Positions 44,163 through 51,609 of a DNA stretch of 64,000 nucleotides are shown here, one piece after another (position 1 is the first letter of the stretch; every line of letters begins with the position of its first letter). Source of the stretch: Vicinamibacterales bacterium. GTDB lineage: Bacteria; Acidobacteriota; Vicinamibacteria; Vicinamibacterales; UBA2999. The stretch spans positions 50 through 64,049 of the forward strand of contig JBOGIQ010000001.1 of NCBI GenBank assembly GCA_050742535.1, in the 5' to 3' direction. The position numbers and the translations under genes are program-made. The notes under the pieces were generated by a model. That model saw only the letters and a list, made by a program, of their open reading frames with translations. It had not been told where the DNA came from and did no database searches.

Positions 44163-45446
44163 GTGTCCTTTCAACAACAGAACGTGGAACCGCTCAATCA
44201 ACTGGTGAACCGGGCACGTCGTGGCGACGTGGCGGCGTACGGCCGGCTCGTGAACGCGACGGAACGCATGGTATTTGGCGTCGCGCTGCGGGTACTGCGA
44301 GACCAAGCGCTGGCCGAAGACGCCGCCCAGGAAACCTTCTTGCGCGCATTCCGGCGCATCGGGGATCTCGGCGAGGACGCCGCATTCCTGACGTGGCTGC
44401 GGAGGATCGCCGTGACCGTCGCCATCAACCTGCGACGTGCGCGGCGGACGACCTTCCTGCGCCTCGACGATGGGGTGGACGTGCCGATCCTCGACGAGAT
44501 CGAGGCGCGCTGGTCCGACGCGCAACGGCTGCAGCTGGCCGCTGCGCTGTTGATCCTGACCCCTGAGGAGCGCCGTCTCTGCGACCGCCGCTACCACGGC
44601 GGCTGGAGTGTCGGCCGCCTGGCACAGGACGCCGGCGTGGACGAAGCGGCGATGCGCAAGCGGCTGCAGCGGGTCCGCGACAAGCTGCGAAAGGACATCG
44701 AGATGTCGGAACAGAGCGAAATCAGGACGGGCCAGTCGCCGCGCGATCTTCCAGGACGGATTGTCGAACTGCTCTCGCGGCCGCAGCTGACCAACCTGCC
44801 GGAAAATCCTGTTGGCGTGGTGACGCAGATCCTGCGCGGCGTGTTCTCGAAGTTTGCGCCCGTGGAGTTGCCGGAATTCGTCGACCTGCCGGCGGCTCGC
44901 GACAGCGTGACGAGCGACGCGATCTATGTCGATGAATCCGAGCTGCATCACGTCGACGATCGCCGCATCCTGCGCTACGACATGACGCTCCCGCTGCTGA
45001 TGACGAAGCGGTACGAAGGCAAGCCGATGAACCTCTGGGTCGAAGGCAAGGCCTATCGGCGCGGAAAGCTCGACGCCACGCATCTCGAAGCGTTCCACCA
45101 GGCGGAGGTCTTTTGGCTGGGCGATCGCGGCGAGGTCGACCCATGGCGGTTGACGACGCTGGTGCTGCAGTCCGTGGACGCGGTGCTGCCCGGTTCAACG
45201 GTGCGGATCGTGCCGACGACGTACTCGATGTGTTCCCAGGCGTGGGACCTGGAAGTCGAGGTCGACGGCCGCCTGCACGAGGTGCTGGCGTGGGGCGTCT
45301 TCACCGACCGGATCGTCCGGCACCTCGGCGCCGATCCGTCGCGGCACGTCGCCGTCGGCGCCGGCTACGGGCTGGAACGGCTTGCCGCGCTGCGCTACGG
45401 GATCGACGACATCCGGAAGATCGAGGCGGCGACGGTCCCGCAGTAG
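44163..45446 (+). CDS. ECF-type sigma-70 factor fused to a PheS-like class II aminoacyl-tRNA-synthetase catalytic core
   Basis: Single 427-aa ORF. Residues 1-185 carry sigma region 2 and region 4 motifs (AEDAAQETFLRAF, FLTWLRRIAVTVAINLRR, LTPEERRLCDRRYHGGWSVGRLAQDAGVDEAAMRKRLQRVRDKLR). Residues 205-427 carry PheS-like motifs (ILRYDMTLPLL, GKAYRRGKLDATHLEAFHQAEV, GAGYGLERLAALRYGIDDIRKI). Confidence 0.8.
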   Translation: MSFQQQNVEPLNQLVNRARRGDVAAYGRLVNATERMVFGVALRVLRDQALAEDAAQETFLRAFRRIGDLGEDAAFLTWLRRIAVTVAINLRRARRTTFLRLDDGVDVPILDEIEARWSDAQRLQLAAALLILTPEERRLCDRRYHGGWSVGRLAQDAGVDEAAMRKRLQRVRDKLRKDIEMSEQSEIRTGQSPRDLPGRIVELLSRPQLTNLPENPVGVVTQILRGVFSKFAPVELPEFVDLPAARDSVTSDAIYVDESELHHVDDRRILRYDMTLPLLMTKRYEGKPMNLWVEGKAYRRGKLDATHLEAFHQAEVFWLGDRGEVDPWRLTTLVLQSVDAVLPGSTVRIVPTTYSMCSQAWDLEVEVDGRLHEVLAWGVFTDRIVRHLGADPSRHVAVGAGYGLERLAALRYGIDDIRKIEAATVPQ

Positions 45447-45453
45447 ATCCGAT

Positions 45454-45855
45454 CTACTTGCGGAACGTCTGTCGGTCTTTGAACTCCACCATGATGAACT
45501 CGGCCGCCGCGGCGCCGACGTTCTCGGGAAGATGGACGTTGCCGTCGCTGCACCCGAGCGCTCCGGCGGGAACCGAGGCCGGCTCGGTGGTGCCGTCGGG
45601 AACCGTGAAGTTGAACGTCTGATCGGTCAGGAAGATCACGCACCCGGGGAGATGGCGGTGCATCACCGACCTCTCGCCCGGGCCGTAGCGGACGCGCAGA
45701 AACCGCGCGACGTCGTTCTCAAACGAGACGGAGTAATGTTTCGGATCCGCCGTGACCGCATCGGGAAACTTGTTGGCCCCTCGCTGTGCCAGCGCTGAGG
45801 TCGCAGCGACGCCGAGCATGGTCCCCATCGCTACACCGAGCAGCAGATTCCGCAT
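45454..45855 (-). CDS. Secreted cupin-like protein
   Basis: The ATG at 45855 gives a signal peptide (MRNLLLGVAMGTMLGVAATSALA). ERSVMHRHLPGCVIFL resembles a cupin metal site. Confidence 0.55.
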   Translation of the reverse strand: MRNLLLGVAMGTMLGVAATSALAQRGANKFPDAVTADPKHYSVSFENDVARFLRVRYGPGERSVMHRHLPGCVIFLTDQTFNFTVPDGTTEPASVPAGALGCSDGNVHLPENVGAAAAEFIMVEFKDRQTFRK

Positions 45856-45993
45856 GATCCACCCTCTGATTGCACCGACCAGCGAAGGAATCTTTGCCCC
45901 GACCCGCGAAAGGACCCCTCGCACCGACCCGCGAAGTAACCTCGCACCAACCAGCGAAGTGACTTCGCACCGACCCGCGAAGAAACGTCGCAC
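45856..45993. repeat. Solo array of about 6 family D units (TCGCACCGACC plus short variable hairpin, 22-25 bp each)
   Basis: ...TCGCACCGACCCGCGAAGTAACC TCGCACCAACCAGCGAAGTGACT TCGCACCGACCCGCGAAGAAACG TCGCACC... It fills the whole gap between the glcG stop and the cupin start. Confidence 0.85.
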
Positions 45994-46467
45994 CTATTTG
46001 AGCGCGTTGACCGCCGCCTGCGCCACGACTCCGTCCTGCTGGCTCGTGCCGCCGGACGCCCCGATCGCGCCGACGATCTTCCCGCCCGACACGAGCGGTA
46101 TTCCGCCTTCCACCGGAATGGCGCCGTCGAGGGCGAGAATCCGCAGCCCCTCGCCGCCGGCAGCCAGCGCGTCCTGAAACGCCTTCGTCGGCCGCTTGAA
46201 GCGCGCCGCCGATCGCGCCTTCGACTGCGCGACCTGGACGCTTCCGACCTGCGTGTCGTCCATCTTTTCGAAGTAGACGAGGTCGCCACCGGTATCGACG
46301 ATGGCGATGGCCATGTTCCAGTTGTTCTTGCGCGCCTCGGCGATGGCCGGCGTGGCGATCTTCTTTGCGGTCTCGAGGTTGATGTTCGGTCCGTAGCTCA
46401 TAGTTTGTGAGGCGGCAGGCAGGACGCACGCGAGCGTCGCTGCTGCCGCGAAAAGAAACTGCTTCAT
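45994..46467 (-). CDS. GlcG/HbpS-family (DUF336) heme-binding protein
   Basis: The ORF has a signal peptide. It contains AIAIVDTGGDLVYFEKMD...SKARSAARF...GGIPL..GGKIVGAIGASGG. Confidence 0.75.
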   Translation of the reverse strand: MKQFLFAAAATLACVLPAASQTMSYGPNINLETAKKIATPAIAEARKNNWNMAIAIVDTGGDLVYFEKMDDTQVGSVQVAQSKARSAARFKRPTKAFQDALAAGGEGLRILALDGAIPVEGGIPLVSGGKIVGAIGASGGTSQQDGVVAQAAVNALK

Positions 46468-46475
46468 GGCGGGAG

Positions 46476-46492
46476 ATTATAGCCTTCATAAT
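46476..46492. promoter_or_regulatory. Back-to-back -10-like hexamers in a 33-bp divergent gap (candidate leaderless promoters)
   Basis: ATTATA (46476-46481, = TATAAT on the minus strand) lies 8 nt from the glcG ATG at 46467. CATAAT (46487-46492) lies 8 nt from the ATG at 46501. No Shine-Dalgarno motif is present on either side. Confidence 0.25.
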
Positions 46493-46500
46493 CGGCAGCA

Positions 46501-47157
46501 ATGGCCGCATATGCGCTTCTCGCTGAAGTCTCCGATCGCCGGGGCATGCTGTCGGATCTGACGCGTGTCCTGGCCGACCATCACGCCAACATCACCTACG
46601 TCGATATTCACGACGCCGGCGAGCCGGTCGCGGACATCTACTTCGAGTTCACGGTCGAGGAGCCGTCGATTGAAGCGGTGCTGATCGCCATGCGCAAGGT
46701 GGACGGCGTCCGGCTGGTGGAGGAGACGCCGAACTTCGCCCGCATCTACGGCAAGCGGATCATCGTCATGGGCGGCGGCGCCCAGGTTGGCTTCGTCGCG
46801 ATGGGCGCCATCACGGAAGCCGACCGCCACAACATCCGTGGCGAGCGCATCTCGATCGACACCATCCCGCTGGTCGGCGAGCAGGAGCTGGCGGCCGCGG
46901 TCCGCGCCACGGCACGGCTGCCGCGGGTGAAGATGCTCGTCCTCGCCGGCTCGATCATGGGCGGTGCGATTACCGACGCCGTGAAAGAGGTGCAGAGCTA
47001 CGGCCTGCGGGTGATTTCGCTGAATCAGGCCGGCAGCGTGCCCGATGCGGCCGACCTGGTTGTCAGCGATCCGGTTCAGGCCGGCGTGATGGCCGTGATG
47101 GCGGTGGCCGACACCGCGAAGTTCGATCTCATGAAACAGCTCAAGCGGCGGTATTGA
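46501..47157 (+). CDS. ACT-domain protein with a C-terminal Rossmann-like domain
   Basis: The N-terminal ACT-like region is AEVSDRRGMLSDLTRVLADHHANITYVDIH. The C-terminal part contains IIVMGGGAQVG... The family of the C-terminal part is uncertain. Confidence 0.6.
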   Translation: MAAYALLAEVSDRRGMLSDLTRVLADHHANITYVDIHDAGEPVADIYFEFTVEEPSIEAVLIAMRKVDGVRLVEETPNFARIYGKRIIVMGGGAQVGFVAMGAITEADRHNIRGERISIDTIPLVGEQELAAAVRATARLPRVKMLVLAGSIMGGAITDAVKEVQSYGLRVISLNQAGSVPDAADLVVSDPVQAGVMAVMAVADTAKFDLMKQLKRRY

Positions 47158-47412
47158 GTCCGCCGTCAGACAGCGCAGGCCGCGCCGGAACGGCATAGCT
47201 CGCCGCCTCGTCGCGTGGTCACGACCCGCTGTTATCGCTGCGCGCCAATCCGGCCGCGCTCCATCCCGTCACAGCGATTTCGCCCGTTTCCTGCGCCGGC
47301 GCGGGGTCCGCTTTTTGCGCTTGTTCAGGGCAGCAGGTCCGAGTGCAAACCGGATGGCCCAGCGCTTCGCACCTGCCGCACTGCGGTTCCTGTGGTGCTC
47401 AGGAGGTGTGTT

Positions 47413-48006
47413 ATGACGGCTCTATCCTTCAACCGCGTCTTCGTGCTGGCACTGGCGCTTGCGCTGATGTCCGTGCCGGCCCGGGCGCAATCGGTCGACG
47501 TCGACGTCGACAAGTCGGTCGACTTCAGGGCGTTCAAGACGTACGCGTTGGGAACGGTCAAGATGCAAGATGACGCAAATCCGCTCATGGTGCAGCGCAT
47601 CATCTCTGCGGTGGACAGCCACATGGCGGCCATCGGCTTCCGGAAGGTCGAGCGGGCGCCGGACGTCCGCATCTCGATTCAGGGCACCACTCGGGAAGAG
47701 TATGCGTACAACACCTGGGGCTATGACTACGGCCCGCATTTCTGGGGGGGGCCGTACCCATACCTGGGGGGCGGCTGGTACCCCTACTGGTGGGGCCTCG
47801 GCTACTCGGGGGTGGACGTGCAGCGGATTCTCGTCGGGACGCTGACGTTGGACATGATCGACAGCCGGACGGACAGGGTGGTGATGCACGCCACGGCGGT
47901 CGACAGGGTCAGCCGCAAGGCGGCGAAGAACGAACGGAAGGCCTACGACGCGGTGGCCGAGATCTTCGAGGAGTCGCCCTATGGGGCGGACTTCGACGAC
48001 GATTGA
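47413..48006 (+). CDS. Secreted DUF4136-like protein
   Basis: AGGAGG lies 6 nt upstream of the ATG at 47413. Signal peptide present. VDKSVDFRAFKTYALG and LTLDMIDSRTDRVVMHA resemble DUF4136 from memory. Confidence 0.6.
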   Translation: MTALSFNRVFVLALALALMSVPARAQSVDVDVDKSVDFRAFKTYALGTVKMQDDANPLMVQRIISAVDSHMAAIGFRKVERAPDVRISIQGTTREEYAYNTWGYDYGPHFWGGPYPYLGGGWYPYWWGLGYSGVDVQRILVGTLTLDMIDSRTDRVVMHATAVDRVSRKAAKNERKAYDAVAEIFEESPYGADFDDD

Positions 48007-48019
48007 TCGTCTTTGACGC

Positions 48020-48254
48020 TGACCGGTGCGAGGTTGCTGCGCCTGATCAGTGCGATCGTGGGGCGGGCCTTGTCAGGCCCGCCTGGGTCGGTGCGAAGTC
48101 GCTTCGCCTGGTCGGTGCGAGGTGGCCGCGCTGGTCGGTGCGAGGTGGCCGCGCTGGTCGGTTCGCCTGGTTAGTGCGAAGTCGCTTCGCCTGGTCGGTG
48201 CGAGTGTTCCGACTATGGCCCGTTCTAGGGTGCGCCTGGTCGGGGTCCACGATC
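48020..48254. repeat. Family D array (GGTCGGTGCGA orientation, about 7 units) bounded by family B termini GATCGTGG (48054-48061) and CCACGATC (48247-48254)
   Basis: GATCGTGG GGCGGGCC-TTGTCA-GGCCCGCC TGGGTCGGTGCGAAGTCGCTTCGC CTGGTCGGTGCGAGGTGGCCGCG CTGGTCGGTGCGAGGTGGCCGCG ... GGTCGGGGT CCACGATC. It overlaps the last ~10 codons of the four-helix-bundle gene. Confidence 0.85.
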
Positions 48255-48662
48255 ACGGCCGTTACGTCGATCCAAGTGCCTCAGCAGTGACGACAGTGCG
48301 GGAAAGATCCGGCGCAGCAGCGAACGCGCGGGCCTGAGGTCGGCGTCGGATACGTATTCCTTCAGTCGAGCGCTGCGAAAACCGTCCTGCACTTCATTTA
48401 GTGACCGCCGGGCGATGCGGAGAAACTTCGCGAACTCGGGGTCGGTTCCTCCGAAGCCTTCCGCGATATTGCGGCACGCTGAGTCCGCCGCGTCGTCCAG
48501 CTGTGACCTCAGCTTCCAGTCGACATGAAAGCGCTCTCGTTTCGTCAGCTGGAAGACTTCAATGCGGAGCTGGTCCGCCAACTGCCAGACGATCAACTCG
48601 GTGAAGTGCCGCGCAACAGCCACACACGCCGTCGAGCATTCCGCGTACCGCCTGCGGACCAA
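48225..48662 (-). CDS. Four-helix-bundle protein (23S rRNA intervening-sequence protein / Avd-like family)
   Basis: The translation contains HFTELIVWQLADQLRIEVFQLT. It continues through RSQLDDAADSACRNIAEGFG...FLRIARRSLNEVQDGF. Start uncertain (TTG 48662 or the internal GTG). Confidence 0.75.
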   Translation of the reverse strand: MVRRRYAECSTACVAVARHFTELIVWQLADQLRIEVFQLTKRERFHVDWKLRSQLDDAADSACRNIAEGFGGTDPEFAKFLRIARRSLNEVQDGFRSARLKEYVSDADLRPARSLLRRIFPALSSLLRHLDRRNGRDRGPRPGAP

Positions 48663-48711
48663 TAACTTACGGGTGATGTACGCAGAAACCGCAACGCTTG
48701 GCGGTCAAAGA

Positions 48712-49062
48712 GATCGTAGAAATATCGCACCGACCGCGCAGCCTGTTCGCACCGACCGCGAAGTCCCTTCGCACCGCCCCGGCGCAGCCTCTTCGCACCG
48801 ACCGCGAAGCCCGTTCGCACCAACCCGGCGCAGCCTCCTCGCACCGACCGCGAAGCCCAATCGCACCGACCCGGCGCAGCCTCCTCGCACCGACCGCGAA
48901 GCCCAATCGCACCAACCCGGCGCAGCCTCCTCGCACCGACCGCGAAGTCCAATCGCACCAACCCGGCGCAGCCTCCTCGCACCGACCGCGAAGTCGCGTT
49001 CGCACCGACCCCGGCGCAGCCTCCTCGCACCGCCCCGCGTCAGCTTGCTCGCACCTCCCGGT
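48712..49062. repeat. Family D array in inverted orientation (TCGCACCGACC, about 15 units; alternating two subtypes give a 46-bp higher-order period)
   Basis: Units alternate between TCGCACCGACCGCGAAGYCCNN and TCGCACCRACCCGGCGCAGCCTCC. The array begins with GATCGTAG (48712-48719). Its last units overlap the final codons of nrtD. Confidence 0.85.
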
Positions 49063-49894
49063 GCAACACCGTGTCGAGCGCACTCGCCCGCGATTGATGT
49101 GCGTGGTGATCCAGGAAATCAATGACACGCCGCCGGCACGCCTGATACTCCGGATGCGCGAGCACTGCCGCGCGAACCCGGGGACGGGGGAAGGGCACCC
49201 GCAGCACCTCGCCGACGGTCGCTTCCGGACCATCCGTCATCAGGATCAGCCGATCGGCGAGGTAGAGCGCCTCGTCGATGTCGTGCGTCACCATCAGCAC
49301 GGTCGTTCTGAAGCCCTGCCGACGCCCGGACGAGGCCGGGTCCCAGATACGCAGCAGCAGATCCTGAAGCTCGAACCGCGTGAGCGAGTCGAGCTGCGAG
49401 AACGGCTCGTCGAGCAGCAGAAAGCGCGGCTCGACGGCAAGCGCCCGCGCCAGCGAGACGCACTGCTGCGTGCCGAGCGAGAGCTGTGTCGGCAGTTGCG
49501 CGGCTGCGTCGCTGACGCCAACGAGCTCCAGATATTCATCCGCGGCGGCCGCCGCCTCGCGCCGCGTGCGCGGCGTGAGCCCCTGTGAGGCAGCGATCTG
49601 GACGTTCTGCCGCGCCGTGAGCCACGGCAGCAGGCATGGCGCCTGGAAGACGATTGCACGCTCGGGCCCGGGCCCGGTGACTTCCTTGCCGTCGATGACG
49701 ACTCCGCCAAGCGTCGCCCGATCGAGCCCGGCCACGATGGACAGGACGGTCGACTTGCCGCACCCGGAGTGGCCGAGAATGGCGACGAACTCGCCCGCCT
49801 CCACCATCGCGTTGACATCTTTGACGGCGATGAACGGTCCGTCGGGCGTCGGAAAGACGCGGCTTAGTCCGGTGAGTTCGAGTGGCGGAATCAA
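49040..49894 (-). CDS. nrtD: Nitrate/sulfonate/bicarbonate-type ABC transporter ATP-binding protein
   Basis: Walker A GHSGCGKST, signature LSLGTQQ and Walker B LLLDEPFS. It is last in the nrtABCD-like operon. Confidence 0.8.
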   Translation of the reverse strand: MIPPLELTGLSRVFPTPDGPFIAVKDVNAMVEAGEFVAILGHSGCGKSTVLSIVAGLDRATLGGVVIDGKEVTGPGPERAIVFQAPCLLPWLTARQNVQIAASQGLTPRTRREAAAAADEYLELVGVSDAAAQLPTQLSLGTQQCVSLARALAVEPRFLLLDEPFSQLDSLTRFELQDLLLRIWDPASSGRRQGFRTTVLMVTHDIDEALYLADRLILMTDGPEATVGEVLRVPFPRPRVRAAVLAHPEYQACRRRVIDFLDHHAHQSRASALDTVLHREVRAS

Positions 49895-50763
49895 CGGACT
49901 TCCTCCGCGATGGTTCGCAGCTCTCCCGGCCCGATCGTGGCGCGGACATGGTCACGTCCGCGAGGCGAGCCTGGCAAGGCTCGCCCCACGACGGCCTCTG
50001 TCAACGTCGCGATGACATGTGTCCGTACCTGCGCTGCGGCGTCGTCATAGACGAGCTGCGCAGCACTCCTTGGCCGCGGAAGCGGGACCTCGATGGGCGT
50101 GCCCAGCGTGGCGGGCGGGCCGGGCAGGATGGGCACGATCCTGTCGGACAGCAGGATGGCTTCGTCCACGCTGTTCGTAATCATCACCGTCGTCACGCGC
50201 CCGTCGCCCTCGCCGCAGAGGCGCGCCAGCTCGCCCTGGAGCGACTCGCGGGTGAGGGCGTCGAGCGCACCGAGCGGCTCGTCGAGAAACATGACCCGCG
50301 GTTCGGTGGCCAGCGCCCTCGCGATTGCCACGCGCTGACGCATGCCGCCCGACAGCTGTCGTGGACGACGCGCGATCGCATTGCCGAGCCCGACTTTCTC
50401 GAGCGTCCGCAGCGCACGCGTCCGCTGCTCGTCGCGCGACAGTTCCGGAAACGCGGCGCCAACCGCGAGCCGGACATTGTCGAGCGCCGTCAGCCAGGGC
50501 AGCAGCGAATAGTTCTGGAACACGAACGCCGCGTCGCGGCGGATCTCCGTCAGCGGCTCGCCGCCGATGTGGATCGTTCCCGTGTCGGGCGCGGTCAGCC
50601 CGGCCAGCATGCTCAGGAGCGTCGATTTACCGCTGCCCATCGCGCCGACAATGGCGACGAACTCGCCCTGCTCGACGGCAAGCGATACGTTCTGCAGCAC
50701 GTGTCGTGTGCCGCCCTTCGAGGAAAACGACTTCGAAACCCCGGTCACCTCGATGAACGGCAT
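49891..50763 (-). CDS. nrtC: Nitrate ABC transporter ATP-binding protein
   Basis: The translation from the ATG at 50763 begins MPFIEVTGVSKSF... Walker A GAMGSGKST, signature LSGGMRQR and Walker B MFLDEPLG. The C-terminal region contains a family B element in frame. Confidence 0.8.
   Translation of the reverse strand: MPFIEVTGVSKSFSSKGGTRHVLQNVSLAVEQGEFVAIVGAMGSGKSTLLSMLAGLTAPDTGTIHIGGEPLTEIRRDAAFVFQNYSLLPWLTALDNVRLAVGAAFPELSRDEQRTRALRTLEKVGLGNAIARRPRQLSGGMRQRVAIARALATEPRVMFLDEPLGALDALTRESLQGELARLCGEGDGRVTTVMITNSVDEAILLSDRIVPILPGPPATLGTPIEVPLPRPRSAAQLVYDDAAAQVRTHVIATLTEAVVGRALPGSPRGRDHVRATIGPGELRTIAEEVR
49933..49992. repeat. Composite hairpin element, family B
   Basis: GATCGTGG CGCGGAC-ATGGTCA-CGTCCGCG A GGCGAGCC-TGGCAA-GGCTCGCC CCACGA, translated (minus strand) as VVGRALPGSPRGRDHVRATIG. 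Confidence 0.85.
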
Positions 50764-51527
50764 CACGCGGCCCGAAGCCTGGCTTCGGCCATCCCCATCA
50801 GCCGATCCAGAGCAAAGCCGACGATGCCGATGGTCAGGATCGCCAGCAGGATGTGCGCGTAGACGAGGCTGTTGTATTCCTGCCACAGGAAGCCGCCGAC
50901 GCCCGGCGTTCCTGTCAGCATCTCGCTGGCAACGATGACGAGCCAGGCGATGCCGAGGCTGAGCCGATAGCCGGTGAACATGTAGGGGAGCGTCGCCGGG
51001 ATGATGATCCGCGTGAAGGTCGTCAGCTTCGAGAGCCGCAGAACCCGGGCGACGTTCCAGTAGTCCTGCGGGATCGCGCGAACCCCGACCATCGTGTTGA
51101 TCACCGTCGGCCACATCGAGCAGACCGCAATGGCGAAGAGCGCCGCCGGCTCGGACTTCTGGAACAGCACCAGTCCCAGCGGCAGCCAGGCCAGCGGCGA
51201 GATCGGCCGCAGAATCTGCATGATCGGATCGAACATGCGGGTCAGCGTCGACGACACGCCCAGCAGGAACCCGAGCGGCGTGGCAATCGCGATCCCCAGC
51301 AGGAAACCACGCGCCACCCGCAGCAGGCTGTAGTAGGCGAGCCGGACGATGCCCTGATCCATCTCGCCGCGCTTCGCCAGCGGCTCGACGATGTAGATCT
51401 TGCTTTCCTCCCACGTGCGGGCGGGCGACGGGAGGTCGGGCACCGCTTTGCTTGCGCCCCACCAGACCAGGAGCGCAAGCCCGACACCGCACAACGGCAA
51501 CAACATATTGACAAGACGTCTCAGCAA
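50763..51527 (-). CDS. nrtB: Nitrate ABC transporter permease
   Basis: ABC permease with the EAA-like region (RLSKLTTFTRIIIPATLPYMFTG). The TTG start at 51527 is preceded by GGAGG. An ATG 7 codons downstream is the alternative. Confidence 0.8.
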   Translation of the reverse strand: MLRRLVNMLLPLCGVGLALLVWWGASKAVPDLPSPARTWEESKIYIVEPLAKRGEMDQGIVRLAYYSLLRVARGFLLGIAIATPLGFLLGVSSTLTRMFDPIMQILRPISPLAWLPLGLVLFQKSEPAALFAIAVCSMWPTVINTMVGVRAIPQDYWNVARVLRLSKLTTFTRIIIPATLPYMFTGYRLSLGIAWLVIVASEMLTGTPGVGGFLWQEYNSLVYAHILLAILTIGIVGFALDRLMGMAEARLRAA

Positions 51528-51545
51528 ACAGCCTCCGTTTTCTCA

Positions 51546-51609
51546 ACTACCCAGGCAACCCAGGCAACCCAGGCAACCCAGGCAACCCAGGCAACCCAGC
51601 TACCCAGCC
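51546..51609. repeat. Nonamer tandem repeat CCCAGGCAA (about 7 units), single arm
   Basis: CTACCCAGGCAACCCAGGCAACCCAGGCAACCCAGGCAACCCAGGCAACCCAGCTACCCAGCC. It spans the nrtA stop (51600-51602) and ends near the nrtB ribosome-binding site. Confidence 0.9.

Noticed and set aside
47290-47335. Possible intrinsic terminator (GCGG GGT CCGC followed by TTTTT) downstream of the ACT-domain gene
   Set aside because: The stem is only 4 bp. It lies 130 bp after the stop and alternative pairings exist. This is not strong enough to annotate.
48225-48662. Diversity-generating retroelement, because the protein family is Avd-like
   Set aside because: No reverse transcriptase and no template/variable repeat pair is visible in the window. 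The flanking repeats are short hairpin units, not a 100-150-bp TR/VR pair.
48712-49062. Repeat arrays (also 45856-45993, 48020-48254 and 63672-63780) as possible CRISPR arrays
   Set aside because: The units are 22-25 bp and directly abutting, with no unique spacers of CRISPR length. No cas genes are present. The arrays occur in both orientations around a small gene.
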